A stretch of 63,963 nt of DNA, the filler included, from Reclinomonas americana ATCC 50394 (Eukaryota): the NCBI GenBank assembly GCA_048213135.1. It is 12 parts of 9 records of this genome, joined end to end, with 100 filler letters (N's around TTAATTAATTAA, not from the genome) between each part and the next. Parts side by side here need not be neighbours in the genome. Positions count along the whole stretch, not along the records: positions 49,859 to 53,782 come from PS015978.1; positions 53,883 to 58,988 come from PS015978.1; positions 59,089 to 62,641 come from AFZH01016335.1; 9 more parts are not named here. One strand, written 5' to 3'. The position numbers and the translations under genes were made by a program. The notes below the pieces were generated by a model. It was not told the origin of the DNA and did not search any database. It saw only the letters and a program-made list of their open reading frames with translations. Below are positions 50,585-60,007 of this stretch, one piece after another; the stretch's first letter is position 1; every line of letters begins with the position of its first letter.

Positions 50585-53398
50585 TCAAGGGAGACCCGCT
50601 GTGTAGACCTCGATAGTAAACTGCGCCCAGGCAAAGTCCGTTGCCGTCCCATTGTTATAGGTGACAAACGAAAAGGCATTGCCGAGGCCAGGATCGGCAA
50701 TACCAAGGTCCTTGTTGCTATACCCGCTCGTTGCCGTCATCACCATGTTGATCTTCTGCACGATGGTGTTAACCGCTCCAAACAGCGTGCCGGTGCCGTC
50801 GTAGAGTCTGTACTGGCCTGCCGCCGTGCGTTGAAAGCCAATCTGCGTTGATGACGGCGAGTTGGAGCTCACCATCGTCAGTGTGGTGCCGCCGTCAAAG
50901 CGCTGGATCCAACTTCCAACGAGAGAGCCGTTCTCGATGCGGAACCTGATAACCACCGCATACGGCACACTGCCTCCCGCCGCTGCCCAGGTGTAGTCGC
51001 CTCTCAAAAAGTTGGAGGAGCTGTTCCCGCTCGATGCCGCAATGGAGGTCAGCTTGCTGTTCAGAGGCTGCTTCTCCGCATCCAACTCGGCAATGGCCGC
51101 CTGCACTGTGGTCGATGAAATGCCGCCAGTGGGTGTAAAGCCAACATCCGATGCGCCCAGCGAGGCGACGGGAATCCATGTGGAGCCGTCGACGCATGCC
51201 TCCAGTTTCGATGTGGTGGTGTTGAAGCGCAAAAGACCAGCGGCGGCGGTTGGCCGCTGAGCAGTCGTTCCACGCGGGAGAATGATGCCATCAACGCGAG
51301 CGCCCATGTCCAGCGACACTGCCGGGTCTTCGGTATCGAGGCCGAGTTTCGCTCCATTGTCGATGCAGAACACAGTGTCGTTGTCCGTGTCGGTGACAAC
51401 CATAATGGGTGCGCTGCCGCTGGCCTGCACGGCGAGGGCCGGATCGCCGCCTCCGATGGTCGCCACGAGCAGCTTGTCGACGGTGGTGATGAGGCTGTTC
51501 ACGCTCGTCGCAGTGCCATTCACGGTGAGATTGCCCTCCACCGTCAGGCCGCCAGAGATGGTGCCGCCGGTGAGCGGCAAACGGGTGCCAAGCTGCCCAA
51601 AGGTGCAGGCGTCTGTCGATGTGGTGCCGTTCGCGAGGCCGGTGATCTTCTGCGAGTTCATGGCGAGACCGGCCACGGAAAGAGCATCGGTAGACAGAGT
51701 GGCGCTCACCCTCGTGCCGGAGATGGTCGATCCGCTCGAGTTGTAGACCACCTCGCGCAAAGAGTATGTCGCCGATGCGCCCACCGTGAGCTTTGCGGGC
51801 GATGCGTCGAGGTTGAGGAGACTCACATTGGACAACACCAGGGAGCCTCCATTGGCGGTGACGGCCGAGGAGGAGGTGGAGGCGGCGAATATGGGAGAGT
51901 TGGAGACACCGAGCACACCAGTGGTCAGCGTCATCGGCAGAGAGGTGGAGCAATCACGCACAGTCACCACGGCCGCCGAGTTGTTCACCGTGAGAGAACC
52001 CATCTTGGTGCCATTGAGGAACACGCAAGAGCCGCTGCCTGTGATGGAGATGGTGGCGGTGTTGGTGTTGCCCGTCAATGAGCAGTAGTTGCATTCGAGA
52101 TAGCCGCTGCCGCTCTTGTTGAGTGCGGTGAGAGTGGAGCAGTTGGTGAGGTACAAGGTGCCGCTGCCCGAGTGTGCAATGGTGGCAACGCTGATGCCGA
52201 TGACGCGAACAGAGCCGACCGAGTTGAACGTAAGTGTCCCGGTGAAGTTGACAATCCCGCCCGTCTCGCCGCTCAGCGCAGTGATGGTGACATTCTGCTG
52301 TGTGATGGCGGTGTCTGCAGCATAGGTGCCTGGCATGATGACGACCACGCGGCCGCTGTTGCCCGCAAGAGTGCATCCTTGTGCAAGAGTGGCCACCGCC
52401 GACTGCTCGCATCGGCCGTTGTTGGCGTCGTTTCCGGTGGCGGCGGAGACATAGACGGCATTGTTGAACACATTGTCGAGTGCGCCCATGGTGCCCACTG
52501 AAGGTATGGAAGGGAATGAGGCCAAGGAGAGATCGCCTCTAAAGTATTGCGAGGTGGTGCCCGTGGTGATGACATTCTGCTTGCTTGTTTGCAGAGTGGT
52601 GATGGCGGATCCCTGGCTGGCCGTCGTCGACTGGAGGGTGGTGATGGCGGATCCCTGGCTCGCCGTTGTGGATTGCAGCGATGTAATCGATGCCCCTTGG
52701 CTCGCCGTCGTGGATTGCAGAGTTGTGATGGCGGATCCTTGGCTGGCGGTCGTGGATTGAAGAGTGGAGATGGCCGATGAGTATCCACTCACCGTCGACT
52801 GGAGAGTGGCCACAGAAGACTCGACCGATGAGAGATCTCCCTCGATGGTGTTGATCTCTTCCTCGACGCTTTGCAGATCGGTGGAGAGCGCAGAGACATT
52901 GGATTGCACCGAGGTGATTGCCGTTCCCTGGCTTGACACGGTGCTCTGCAGCGAAGAAATGGCGCTGGTGTTGGTGCCGATCTGAATCCCTTGTGCCGTT
53001 GTTGTGCTTTGCAGAGAGGAGATGGATGCCCCTTGGCTGGATGCCGTCGACTGAAGGGCGGAGATGGCGGAGGAGTTTCCACTCACCGTCGACTGGAGAG
53101 TGGTGATGCTTCCCTCTGCGGTGGTGACTCGGCCGGCCAGCGAGGCCTGTTGCGACGCGACTGTATCGAGGTTTGCCCCATTGGAACTCATGACCGAACC
53201 GGCTGTTAATGAGCCACCCACCGTCGCATTGCCCTGCAGCAAGAGTCTGGCCTCGCCGGTAATGTCGGATGTTGCGCGGATGGTGCTGGCGAGGAGTGGT
53301 TGGCCTGGAACATACGCACCGGACTCGTTGATGAGCTCGACTACTGCATCGTACACCCCTGGTCGATTCCATGGCACGGTGTCTTGAGGATCCGTCAT
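50585..53398 (-). CDS. Mosaic fibre / tail-fibre-like adhesin, 937 aa (probable start MTDPQD at 53398)
   Basis: It has 14-aa coiled-coil repeats (ITTLQSTTASQGSA), GTTSQYFRGD and SSNFLRGD fibre motifs, a beta-helix start (VYVSAATGNDANNG..TLAQG..VVIMPGTY), a YadA-stalk-like KITGLANGTTSTDA, LPLTGGTISG, LPRGTTAQRP..LRFNTT..DGSTW and TVQAAIAELDAEKQP. AATAAA lies 6 nt after the stop. Confidence 0.8.
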   Translation of the reverse strand: MTDPQDTVPWNRPGVYDAVVELINESGAYVPGQPLLASTIRATSDITGEARLLLQGNATVGGSLTAGSVMSSNGANLDTVASQQASLAGRVTTAEGSITTLQSTVSGNSSAISALQSTASSQGASISSLQSTTTAQGIQIGTNTSAISSLQSTVSSQGTAITSVQSNVSALSTDLQSVEEEINTIEGDLSSVESSVATLQSTVSGYSSAISTLQSTTASQGSAITTLQSTTASQGASITSLQSTTASQGSAITTLQSTTASQGSAITTLQTSKQNVITTGTTSQYFRGDLSLASFPSIPSVGTMGALDNVFNNAVYVSAATGNDANNGRCEQSAVATLAQGCTLAGNSGRVVVIMPGTYAADTAITQQNVTITALSGETGGIVNFTGTLTFNSVGSVRVIGISVATIAHSGSGTLYLTNCSTLTALNKSGSGYLECNYCSLTGNTNTATISITGSGSCVFLNGTKMGSLTVNNSAAVVTVRDCSTSLPMTLTTGVLGVSNSPIFAASTSSSAVTANGGSLVLSNVSLLNLDASPAKLTVGASATYSLREVVYNSSGSTISGTRVSATLSTDALSVAGLAMNSQKITGLANGTTSTDACTFGQLGTRLPLTGGTISGGLTVEGNLTVNGTATSVNSLITTVDKLLVATIGGGDPALAVQASGSAPIMVVTDTDNDTVFCIDNGAKLGLDTEDPAVSLDMGARVDGIILPRGTTAQRPTAAAGLLRFNTTTSKLEACVDGSTWIPVASLGASDVGFTPTGGISSTTVQAAIAELDAEKQPLNSKLTSIAASSGNSSSNFLRGDYTWAAAGGSVPYAVVIRFRIENGSLVGSWIQRFDGGTTLTMVSSNSPSSTQIGFQRTAAGQYRLYDGTGTLFGAVNTIVQKINMVMTATSGYSNKDLGIADPGLGNAFSFVTYNNGTATDFAWAQFTIEVYTAGLP

Positions 53399-53444
53399 GG
53401 TGAGATGATGGTAAACCCCAGAGATTATTATTTGTGCAGTGAGT

Positions 53445-53782
53445 TTATCGTTGCATGTCGGAATCATTGATCGCCGCTGGTGTCGTCGCGGCCGCCGCCG
53501 CCGCCGTTGTCGTCGCTCTCCCTTCTTCCCCTGCAACTCCATCCCCTCTTCCTCTTCCTCTCCCTTCCCCTTCCCCATCCCCTCTCCCTCTCCCTCCTCC
53601 AACACCGACACCGATACCGCCTCCAACGCCGATGCCGATGCCGATGCCGACACCGACACCGACGCCGACGCCCGATCCAGAGCGCGGGCGAAACCGCTTT
53701 CCGTTGATGGCCTCCGAGTACGTCATCCATCGGGAGGAGGGACTATCCATATTCGCCAGCCTGCCTGCAGTGATCCTCGGTC
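53445..53782 (-). CDS. Probable C-terminal part of a Gly-rich protein, open toward the contig end
   Basis: The frame GSGVGVGVGVGIGIGIG..GRGRGDG..INDSDMQR* stops 46 nt before the fibre ATG, which matches the element's gene spacing. Confidence 0.4.
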
Positions 53783-54435
53783 NNNNNNNNNNNNNNNNNN
53801 NNNNNNNNNNNNNNNNNNNNNNNNNNTTAATTAATTAANNNNNNNNNNNNNNNNNNNNNNNNNNNNNNNNNNNNNNNNNNNNGTGTACCTCTCGCGAGTG
53901 ATATCGATGTCGCTGTTCTTGCTGTTGTTCTTGTTGTCCAGTGCACCAGTCGATAGTACTAGTGCAGCAGAGGTGGTTCTTGTTTTCGTTGACGCTGTAG
54001 CGGCGATGGATCCGGAGGTTTATGTTGTGGCGGTGGTGGTGGTGGTGGTGGTGGTGATGGGGGCGATGGTGATGGTGGGGTTGGGGGGTGGTTGATGAAC
54101 CTTCTTGTGCTGCCTTGTTGGTGTAAAGCGATGAGGAATATGAAGGGCAAAACAGGTGCAAAAATAGAAGTACCTTGCTTTCGCTCTCAGACGAGTAGAA
54201 AAAGAATGATGAGGACAAAAAGCGATGCGCGAGTCTTTTATGGACGAGATTTCCCGCCACCGACTAGCTCGCGAGTGCTCGCGTGCGCTTCAATGCGCGG
54301 TCACGACCAGGAATCCTCAAATACGTCTGAGCTCAGTGCCAGACGCAGATACTAGGTGTCGCGAATAAAATCTAAAGCCTTCATTATGTTGACCATCACA
54401 TGTCATGTTACCGACTGATGCAGATAGATGAAAGA

Positions 54436-55047
54436 CTAATGCATCACCGCCCGATTTGGGATGAAGAGTGCATGTTCGAGTGGTGTTCCCGCCAACAGTC
54501 GCAGAGCGGTGGTGTGTGCGTTGGAGCCCATCCACGTGGAGGTATCTCCTGTGCGCACAATGATGTGGAAGAGGTGATGCACCGGAACGAGTGAGAGACG
54601 CTGACTCACAGTGCCATCACTTTTCACCGCCGCATGAGTGCCCCGCGCATGGATGCTCCTGTGCACCACCCCACCCATCCACTGAATGAGCTCGCGGCGT
54701 CGGAAGCAGAGCGCCTCTGTGCCCTCTTCCACATTCATCCCCCATTGCATCGCCGGAAGCGCATCATGGAAACAGGAGGCCACCAAGTTGGAGATTGCCG
54801 CACATATGCGCTCTGCCTCCATGCGTGTGTCGGTGGCAATGGCTCGTCTTGAGCGCAGGATGACAGAGAGGAAGGTGGGAATGTCGATGGTGATCTCTGC
54901 GGATCCGGATCGTCGAGGACGCGAGGGGTGCTCCATGTTTCGCAGTGAGCTCTGGATGACGCGCACATCGACCATCTCGGTGAGCCGCTCCACGCACTGG
55001 CGCACAGTGACCAAGGCGGCCTCGAGTTGTTGGCGAGAGATATCCAT
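54436..55047 (-). CDS. Hypothetical protein of the element, 203 aa (start MDISRQ)
   Basis: Intron-less ORF 49 nt downstream of the integrase stop, with TATCA 9 nt upstream of its ATG. No recognisable domain. Confidence 0.6.
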   Translation of the reverse strand: MDISRQQLEAALVTVRQCVERLTEMVDVRVIQSSLRNMEHPSRPRRSGSAEITIDIPTFLSVILRSRRAIATDTRMEAERICAAISNLVASCFHDALPAMQWGMNVEEGTEALCFRRRELIQWMGGVVHRSIHARGTHAAVKSDGTVSQRLSLVPVHHLFHIIVRTGDTSTWMGSNAHTTALRLLAGTPLEHALFIPNRAVMH

Positions 55048-55096
55048 GGAAGGAGATGATATGTGGTGTGCGAGTAAAATTTTCATTGTCATCAAT

Positions 55097-56962
55097 CTAC
55101 TTGTTCGCGGCGAGTCTCGACGACCTGCGCTGGCCCGATGCACGCGCCGCCAGCTCGGCATCAAACTCGGCTCTCACTCGCTCCTTGGTCTTGGCGTCGA
55201 GGCCCGAGCGGTTGCCTGAGCGTGAGACAATCATCAGCGGCTTCTTGGTCTTCTTCTTTTCCTTCGGGATCGACATCACCAGCGGCGTTGGCGGAGGCGG
55301 TGGTTGCGCTCGAGGTGTTGGTGGCTTGGGAGCGGGAGGAGGAGGAGGAGGCGGCGTCGGTGGTGGTGTTGGTGGTGGAGTCGGAGCGGGAGTTGGAGGA
55401 GGAGCGGATGATGATGATGATGGAGGAAGGCCAGCGGAGCGGCGAGCGGCCGCCTCTTGCACACCATTCTGGCGCAGAGTGACGAATCGCCGCCACTGTT
55501 GCACCAGGGGGAACGGCAGATGCTTGTCGCGCCTCACTTGCTCGTCCAAAGCACTGGTTGGTGGCGGTGGAGGCGAGGCCGAGTCGAGCAGCGCCTTGTT
55601 CACTCGTTGCAGTTGGCCAAAGTAGAACCATGTGAGCGACGGCTCATCGGCCACCGATGGCAGCACCATCCACAGTTGCGCCTGCGCCTTGCGTTCCCCC
55701 GCCTTGCCCTGCACCACATTCCACACCTCATAGATCTCCGTCGACCAGGTCTGCCAGCGCTTCTTCTCCTGGTCCGTCGCGGCTCGATAACTTTTGTCGG
55801 TGGCCGCCGACACACGCACCCAGTCGCCCACCCGCAGCATGTCGGACCTTCCAGAGTTGAGCATGGCCTTTTCGCGCGTTACCTTCAGTGCTCTGTTCAC
55901 CACCGCTCTCGCAGCAGCCGCCGTGGCTCTCCGTTTGCCAACCAAGTCGTCGACATTTTGATCGTCGCCCTTGATTTGTTGCTCCGGTGCCACCAGCGAG
56001 GGCACGGGAAGCGAGCGCGCCGTGGCCACCTCCAACGGACGATGACGTGTGCTCTTTTGCTGGGTGGTGTTGATGGCGAACTCGACGCGCAGCAGGAGCG
56101 AGGGCCAGTCGCGGGTGGCCGTGGCCTTCATCGCCCTTTTCAACAGCGAGCGCACCGCCTGATTGGTTCGCTCCGCCAGTCCATTGCCACGTGAGTTGTA
56201 GGGGTTGGTCGTCTGTTGCTTGATTCCATAGCGCTGACAGAGGGCAGTGAAGATGGCGTTGCGGTACTCCTGGCCATTGTCGTGCACCAGCATTTTCGGC
56301 GCACCCCACTCGAGGATGATGCCTTCCATGGCGTCCGACATGGGCTTGCTTGCCTTTTGCGTCAGAGCACGGAGCCACACCTGCTTGGAGAACCCGTCCA
56401 CCGTCGTCATGATGTACCGCTTGCCCTTGTAGGCCTCCGAGGCCATGTCGATGAGGTCGGTGAACCAGGTTTCGAAGGGTGCGTTCAATCTTGCACCGAG
56501 TGAGGCGTTGACCACGGGACCTGGAGCGACTGGGCGACGGAACACGGCGGTGGTCTCCTGTCCATGCTTGACGAACTCGGCGACGAATCGACGCGACACA
56601 CCCACCACCACCTCATTGACGCGGCGCGAGAGCTCGGCGGCACCCAATCCCTGCCCGAACCCGGTTGTCGGCAATCGCACAAATGCGCGCAGCCACTCGC
56701 CTCTCCGGTCCATGGGGATCACCGGCAAGGAGCGCCGTTGCCCATCGATCAAGGCGAGCACCGCTAGCTTGGGCGTCTTGCTGTTGCCTCTGCCTTCCCA
56801 CCCGAGCAGCTGGAAGTAGGGCATCACGGAGAGGAAGGCGTCCCTTTGTCGTGTGGTGGGAAATGTCGGTGTGGTACCATCAGTGAGGAAGGTGGCAATG
56901 GCCTTGACCATGGCTGGAGTGTACTGCACCGTTTGCACTCGTCGTAGCGCTGATGCGTCCAT
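55097..56962 (-). CDS. Retroviral-like (rve, DDE) integrase of Polinton/Maverick type, 621 aa
   Basis: Catalytic triad in WFTDLIDM, LVHDNGQEY and NGLAERTNQ. It also has GKRYIMTTVDGFSK, INTTQQKST.HRP, the Polinton-type GDWVRVS...WSTEIYEV C-terminal domain and an N-terminal GVSRRFVAEFVK. No gag, RT or RNase H is adjacent. Confidence 0.92.
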   Translation of the reverse strand: MDASALRRVQTVQYTPAMVKAIATFLTDGTTPTFPTTRQRDAFLSVMPYFQLLGWEGRGNSKTPKLAVLALIDGQRRSLPVIPMDRRGEWLRAFVRLPTTGFGQGLGAAELSRRVNEVVVGVSRRFVAEFVKHGQETTAVFRRPVAPGPVVNASLGARLNAPFETWFTDLIDMASEAYKGKRYIMTTVDGFSKQVWLRALTQKASKPMSDAMEGIILEWGAPKMLVHDNGQEYRNAIFTALCQRYGIKQQTTNPYNSRGNGLAERTNQAVRSLLKRAMKATATRDWPSLLLRVEFAINTTQQKSTRHRPLEVATARSLPVPSLVAPEQQIKGDDQNVDDLVGKRRATAAAARAVVNRALKVTREKAMLNSGRSDMLRVGDWVRVSAATDKSYRAATDQEKKRWQTWSTEIYEVWNVVQGKAGERKAQAQLWMVLPSVADEPSLTWFYFGQLQRVNKALLDSASPPPPPTSALDEQVRRDKHLPFPLVQQWRRFVTLRQNGVQEAAARRSAGLPPSSSSSAPPPTPAPTPPPTPPPTPPPPPPPAPKPPTPRAQPPPPPTPLVMSIPKEKKKTKKPLMIVSRSGNRSGLDAKTKERVRAEFDAELAARASGQRRSSRLAANK

Positions 56963-57017
56963 TGTCTGGATATGATATTTTATTGTGCCGTCTTTTATCT
57001 AGTGGTTGAGCATCGCC
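56963..57017. promoter_or_regulatory. 55-bp AT-rich bidirectional promoter between the integrase and the membrane-protein gene
   Basis: The divergent ATGs are 55 bp apart. The gap contains AATAAAAATATCA on the minus strand and TTTTTATCTA on the plus strand. Confidence 0.55.
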
Positions 57018-58967
57018 ATGGACGACGATTCACTCGCTCTCGTCGGTGGCATTGCTGTCGCTGTTGCCGCTCTGGCGCTTGCCTCCTCTTCTTCCTCCTC
57101 CTCCTCCACGATTCGCCCTCCTGTGCCCCCGCGACCGCTCCCTCTACCGCCCGCCGATGGAGGAGGTGGCTCTGGAGGAGGTGCTGGTGGTGGTTCTGGC
57201 GGTGATGCTGGTGGCTCTGGAGGTTCCGATGGAGGTGGTGGAGGTCCGCTCATTCCTGTTGATCCGTCGCCACAGCCTTATCCATACCCTGTTCCTCCTC
57301 CTGTTCCCGTCCCGATTCCGCCTACGCCGATCCCTATTCCGCCAACACCGATGCCGCAACCAACACCGATCCCTGTTCCCGCTCCGCAACCAACTCCGCA
57401 ACCAACACCGACACCAGCGCCGACACCAACACCGATTCCATCACCGACTCCAACGCCGACACCAGCGCCGACACCGCAACCAACACCGACACCGGTACCG
57501 CAACCAACACCGCAACCAGCACCGCAACCAACACCGACTCCTCCGATGCCGCCGAGTCTCCCTCCCTACACGCCCAAGCCGGGACCAGACAATCCCTTCC
57601 TGCCACCAGAGGATGAGATGCCGCCTTTCGAGCCGCCAACGTACACACCATGGCCGGAAGTACCAAACCCACCGACGACACGCAACTCCTTTCCGGAGAA
57701 TGCCGAGGAGTATGTCATTGACCGTGCCAGTGCGCTGAAGCCGATCTTCTTGACAAACGCCGACTTTGTGAAGCTGCGCAAGGATCAGCACTACAAGTAC
57801 GCGTGGACGAGAGGAGCAGGCATTCCTGGCGAGAAAGGTGACTCACCCACTGCGCGACGAGTGTTGGAGCTGTGCTATGAGAACCTGAAGGGCTTCAACA
57901 CCGAGCTGGCCAAGCAAGGGAGATGGAACGAGCAGATTCCGCTCGTGCACTTGCAGGCCAAGGTGAGTGTCAACGACAACAAGAACTGCCCATTCTACTC
58001 GATGCAGTTTTACGCACCGTATGCCGATCGTGTGCTGTTCCAACCGGAGGTGGGGCCGGAATCATTGGCGCTGGACCACTGGGACTGGGAGGTGGTGGGT
58101 GCCGTCCATCCCACCCGCAATGTGTTGACTCGAGGCGCAGAAGGCTTCCTCGTCTACTCCTTCCCTCTGCCACTGCAAGATCCGAGCTCCATCTACTTTC
58201 CACCGCAGGGCAATGTGCTCTACGTGCCAATCCCCACCATGATTGGTTGGTTCCCGTATGAGTGGCACCAACCAATGCCCGGTGGGTGGAGCTACCACTA
58301 TGTGGGAGACGACTACTCGATGGGAACCACCCGCCAAGTGTTCATGCTTGTTCCCAACCTTGCAAGCGATGGAGATCATCAGGGAGGAGTGATAGAGCTC
58401 GTCGATGTGGCAGGCTGGGACAAGAAGGGGTATGTGAAGAGCTCGTTGCAGTCAGTCAACGGCCTCTGGTGGTACTCGATGGAGGGTGGATTCCAGCGTG
58501 TGGAGACCTCTTCCTCTCTCCCCTCTTCCTCTCTCCCCTCTCCCTCTCCCTCTCCCTCTCCGGCACCCATGGCCGAGCGAACGATGCTCTCGATGTGGGT
58601 GGACGGTGCTCTCACTCCCATTGCTCTGGACGCTTCTCAACTCGCTGCCTATACTCTGCTCACCACCAACAGCGGCCGTGTGATTCCTATGCCTGTGCGA
58701 CGAGAGGACGAGGGAGTGGTGGGACTTGTCAATGCTTCGCTGCTCGTCGATGACGACATGGATGTCTCGATGCACGGATTCAGTGTGGACGCCACACGAC
58801 TCTCCCGAGACTGGTATGTGGCTGAAGGAGTGCTGTGCCACCCGACGAAGCTGGTGACGCCAGCGGATGTGAGAGCATGGGCGGAGAGTGGCGTGATCAG
58901 AGGACTTTATGCTCCTGCGACGGTATCGGTGTTCCCTCGCTCCCTTCTTGCCGCTCTCATGGGATGA
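57018..58967 (+). CDS. Membrane-anchored or secreted protein with Gly and Pro/Thr-rich stalk and unknown C-terminal domains, 649 aa
   Basis: The ATG at 57018 is followed by the hydrophobic segment [18 protein letters not shown], then (PTP/PQP)n repeats and about 400 aa of aromatic-rich globular sequence. It has no introns. Confidence 0.75.
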   Translation: MDDDSLALVGGIAVAVAALALASSSSSSSSTIRPPVPPRPLPLPPADGGGGSGGGAGGGSGGDAGGSGGSDGGGGGPLIPVDPSPQPYPYPVPPPVPVPIPPTPIPIPPTPMPQPTPIPVPAPQPTPQPTPTPAPTPTPIPSPTPTPTPAPTPQPTPTPVPQPTPQPAPQPTPTPPMPPSLPPYTPKPGPDNPFLPPEDEMPPFEPPTYTPWPEVPNPPTTRNSFPENAEEYVIDRASALKPIFLTNADFVKLRKDQHYKYAWTRGAGIPGEKGDSPTARRVLELCYENLKGFNTELAKQGRWNEQIPLVHLQAKVSVNDNKNCPFYSMQFYAPYADRVLFQPEVGPESLALDHWDWEVVGAVHPTRNVLTRGAEGFLVYSFPLPLQDPSSIYFPPQGNVLYVPIPTMIGWFPYEWHQPMPGGWSYHYVGDDYSMGTTRQVFMLVPNLASDGDHQGGVIELVDVAGWDKKGYVKSSLQSVNGLWWYSMEGGFQRVETSSSLPSSSLPSPSPSPSPAPMAERTMLSMWVDGALTPIALDASQLAAYTLLTTNSGRVIPMPVRREDEGVVGLVNASLLVDDDMDVSMHGFSVDATRLSRDWYVAEGVLCHPTKLVTPADVRAWAESGVIRGLYAPATVSVFPRSLLAALMG

Positions 58968-59113
58968 AGGATGGCGGGAGGCGAAGCANNNNNNNNNNNN
59001 NNNNNNNNNNNNNNNNNNNNNNNNNNNNNNNNTTAATTAATTAANNNNNNNNNNNNNNNNNNNNNNNNNNNNNNNNNNNNNNNNNNNNCTCGCCTCACTC
59101 GCCTCCCTCGCAG

Positions 59114-59637
59114 AATGAGGTGGTGCATCGTGACATCAAGCCCTCCAATGTGCTTCTCGATCACCGATTGGAGCCATGTCTCGGTGACTTTGGCATTGCA
59201 CGGTCGATTGCAGATGGCAAGGTGTGTTTCCATTCAATTCTTCTCTCTTTCCCCCTGTCTCAGTTTCTCTCGCCTCGCAGACAACAACCGCCGCCGGCAC
59301 ACTGGACTACATGGACCCACTGGCGTTGCGCGTGAGGACGCCGGATCCGGAGCACGACGTGTACAGCATGGGCATTGTGCTGGTGCAGCTCGTCACTGGC
59401 AAGCCCGTGGCGACGGTGGTGGATTGGTCCGTGAGATGGGATCGCTCTGCTGCCTCGTTGCACCCCATGGAGCTGCTGGATGGAGGGGCAGAGTGGACGC
59501 CGCGCATCGCTGAACCGATGTTCGAACTCGGCATGCGCTGTATGAGTGTGCGTCGCGATCGGCCAACTTCGCAGGAGGTGCTTGATGTGATGCGTGCACT
59601 GCGCGAGGCTTGTGGGCAGTTCACGCTGGAACTGTGA
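59114..59637 (+). CDS. 3' end of RLK/Pelle(IRAK)-like Ser/Thr kinase, paralog 1
   Basis: Exon 59114-59221 encodes VVHRDIKPSNVLLD..LGDFGIAR. Exon 59281-59637 encodes AGTLDYMDP..DVYSMGIVLVQLVTGK..RRDRPT..*. Confidence 0.9.
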
Positions 59638-60007
59638 GATGAATGCAGGTTGTGTTGTTCAAGGGGTATTCGTGCAGAAGATGAACGTGGAGACGAATGC
59701 GGGCGGGGTTGCGTGCAAGAGATCAAGGGCCCGGGATCGTCAATTGTCGCGGTCGACGTCGATGTTGTTGTGTTTGTTGTATACGCAGAGGAGGTTGAGG
59801 AGCAGTGTTTTGTGGCGAATGTGTTGGCTTTCTCCTTGCCAGTGAGGAAGCAACAGGACGACGTCGCATGTGCAAACCCTGTCCGCGAAAACAAGAGGAC
59901 ATACAGGATCATACAGAAAAAAGGCAGTGCGCGAGGCGAAAGGGAGCGAGTGTGTGTGTGTGTTTGTGAGAGAGAGAGCACGCTGCTGTTATTCCCTCTC
60001 AAAGAAA

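Larger units (their letters stand above)
49859..58988. mobile_element. Putative endogenous DNA virus / Polinton(Maverick)-like or virophage-like element (two adjacent pieces, partial)
   Basis: Intron-less, tightly packed ORFs with about 50-bp AT-rich intergenic gaps, unlike the flanking host DNA. It encodes a stand-alone rve integrase, a phage-like fibre and a DUF5760-like protein, and shares an upstream (T/C)ATCA motif. Capsid, pPolB, ATPase and TIRs were not seen. Confidence 0.75.

Noticed and set aside
53399..53659. N-terminal 87-aa extension of the fibre in the 1024-aa ORF call
   Set aside because: It uses a non-ATG start, overlaps low-complexity upstream sequence and crosses the AT-rich leader. 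The ATG at 53398 has the shared upstream motif.
55097..56962. Integrase as part of an LTR retrotransposon or bacterial IS3/IS481
   Set aside because: It has its own ATG with a divergent gene upstream, and no gag, protease, RT, RNase H or LTRs. The C-terminal GDxVR..WS.E domain is of the eukaryotic Polinton/retroelement type.
59650..60007. 5' portion of the 395-aa ORF upstream of the ankyrin repeats
   Set aside because: It is intergenic or UTR sequence with GT/GA repeats. A spliced start ATGAG|gt..ag|T at 60008 gives a cleaner model.
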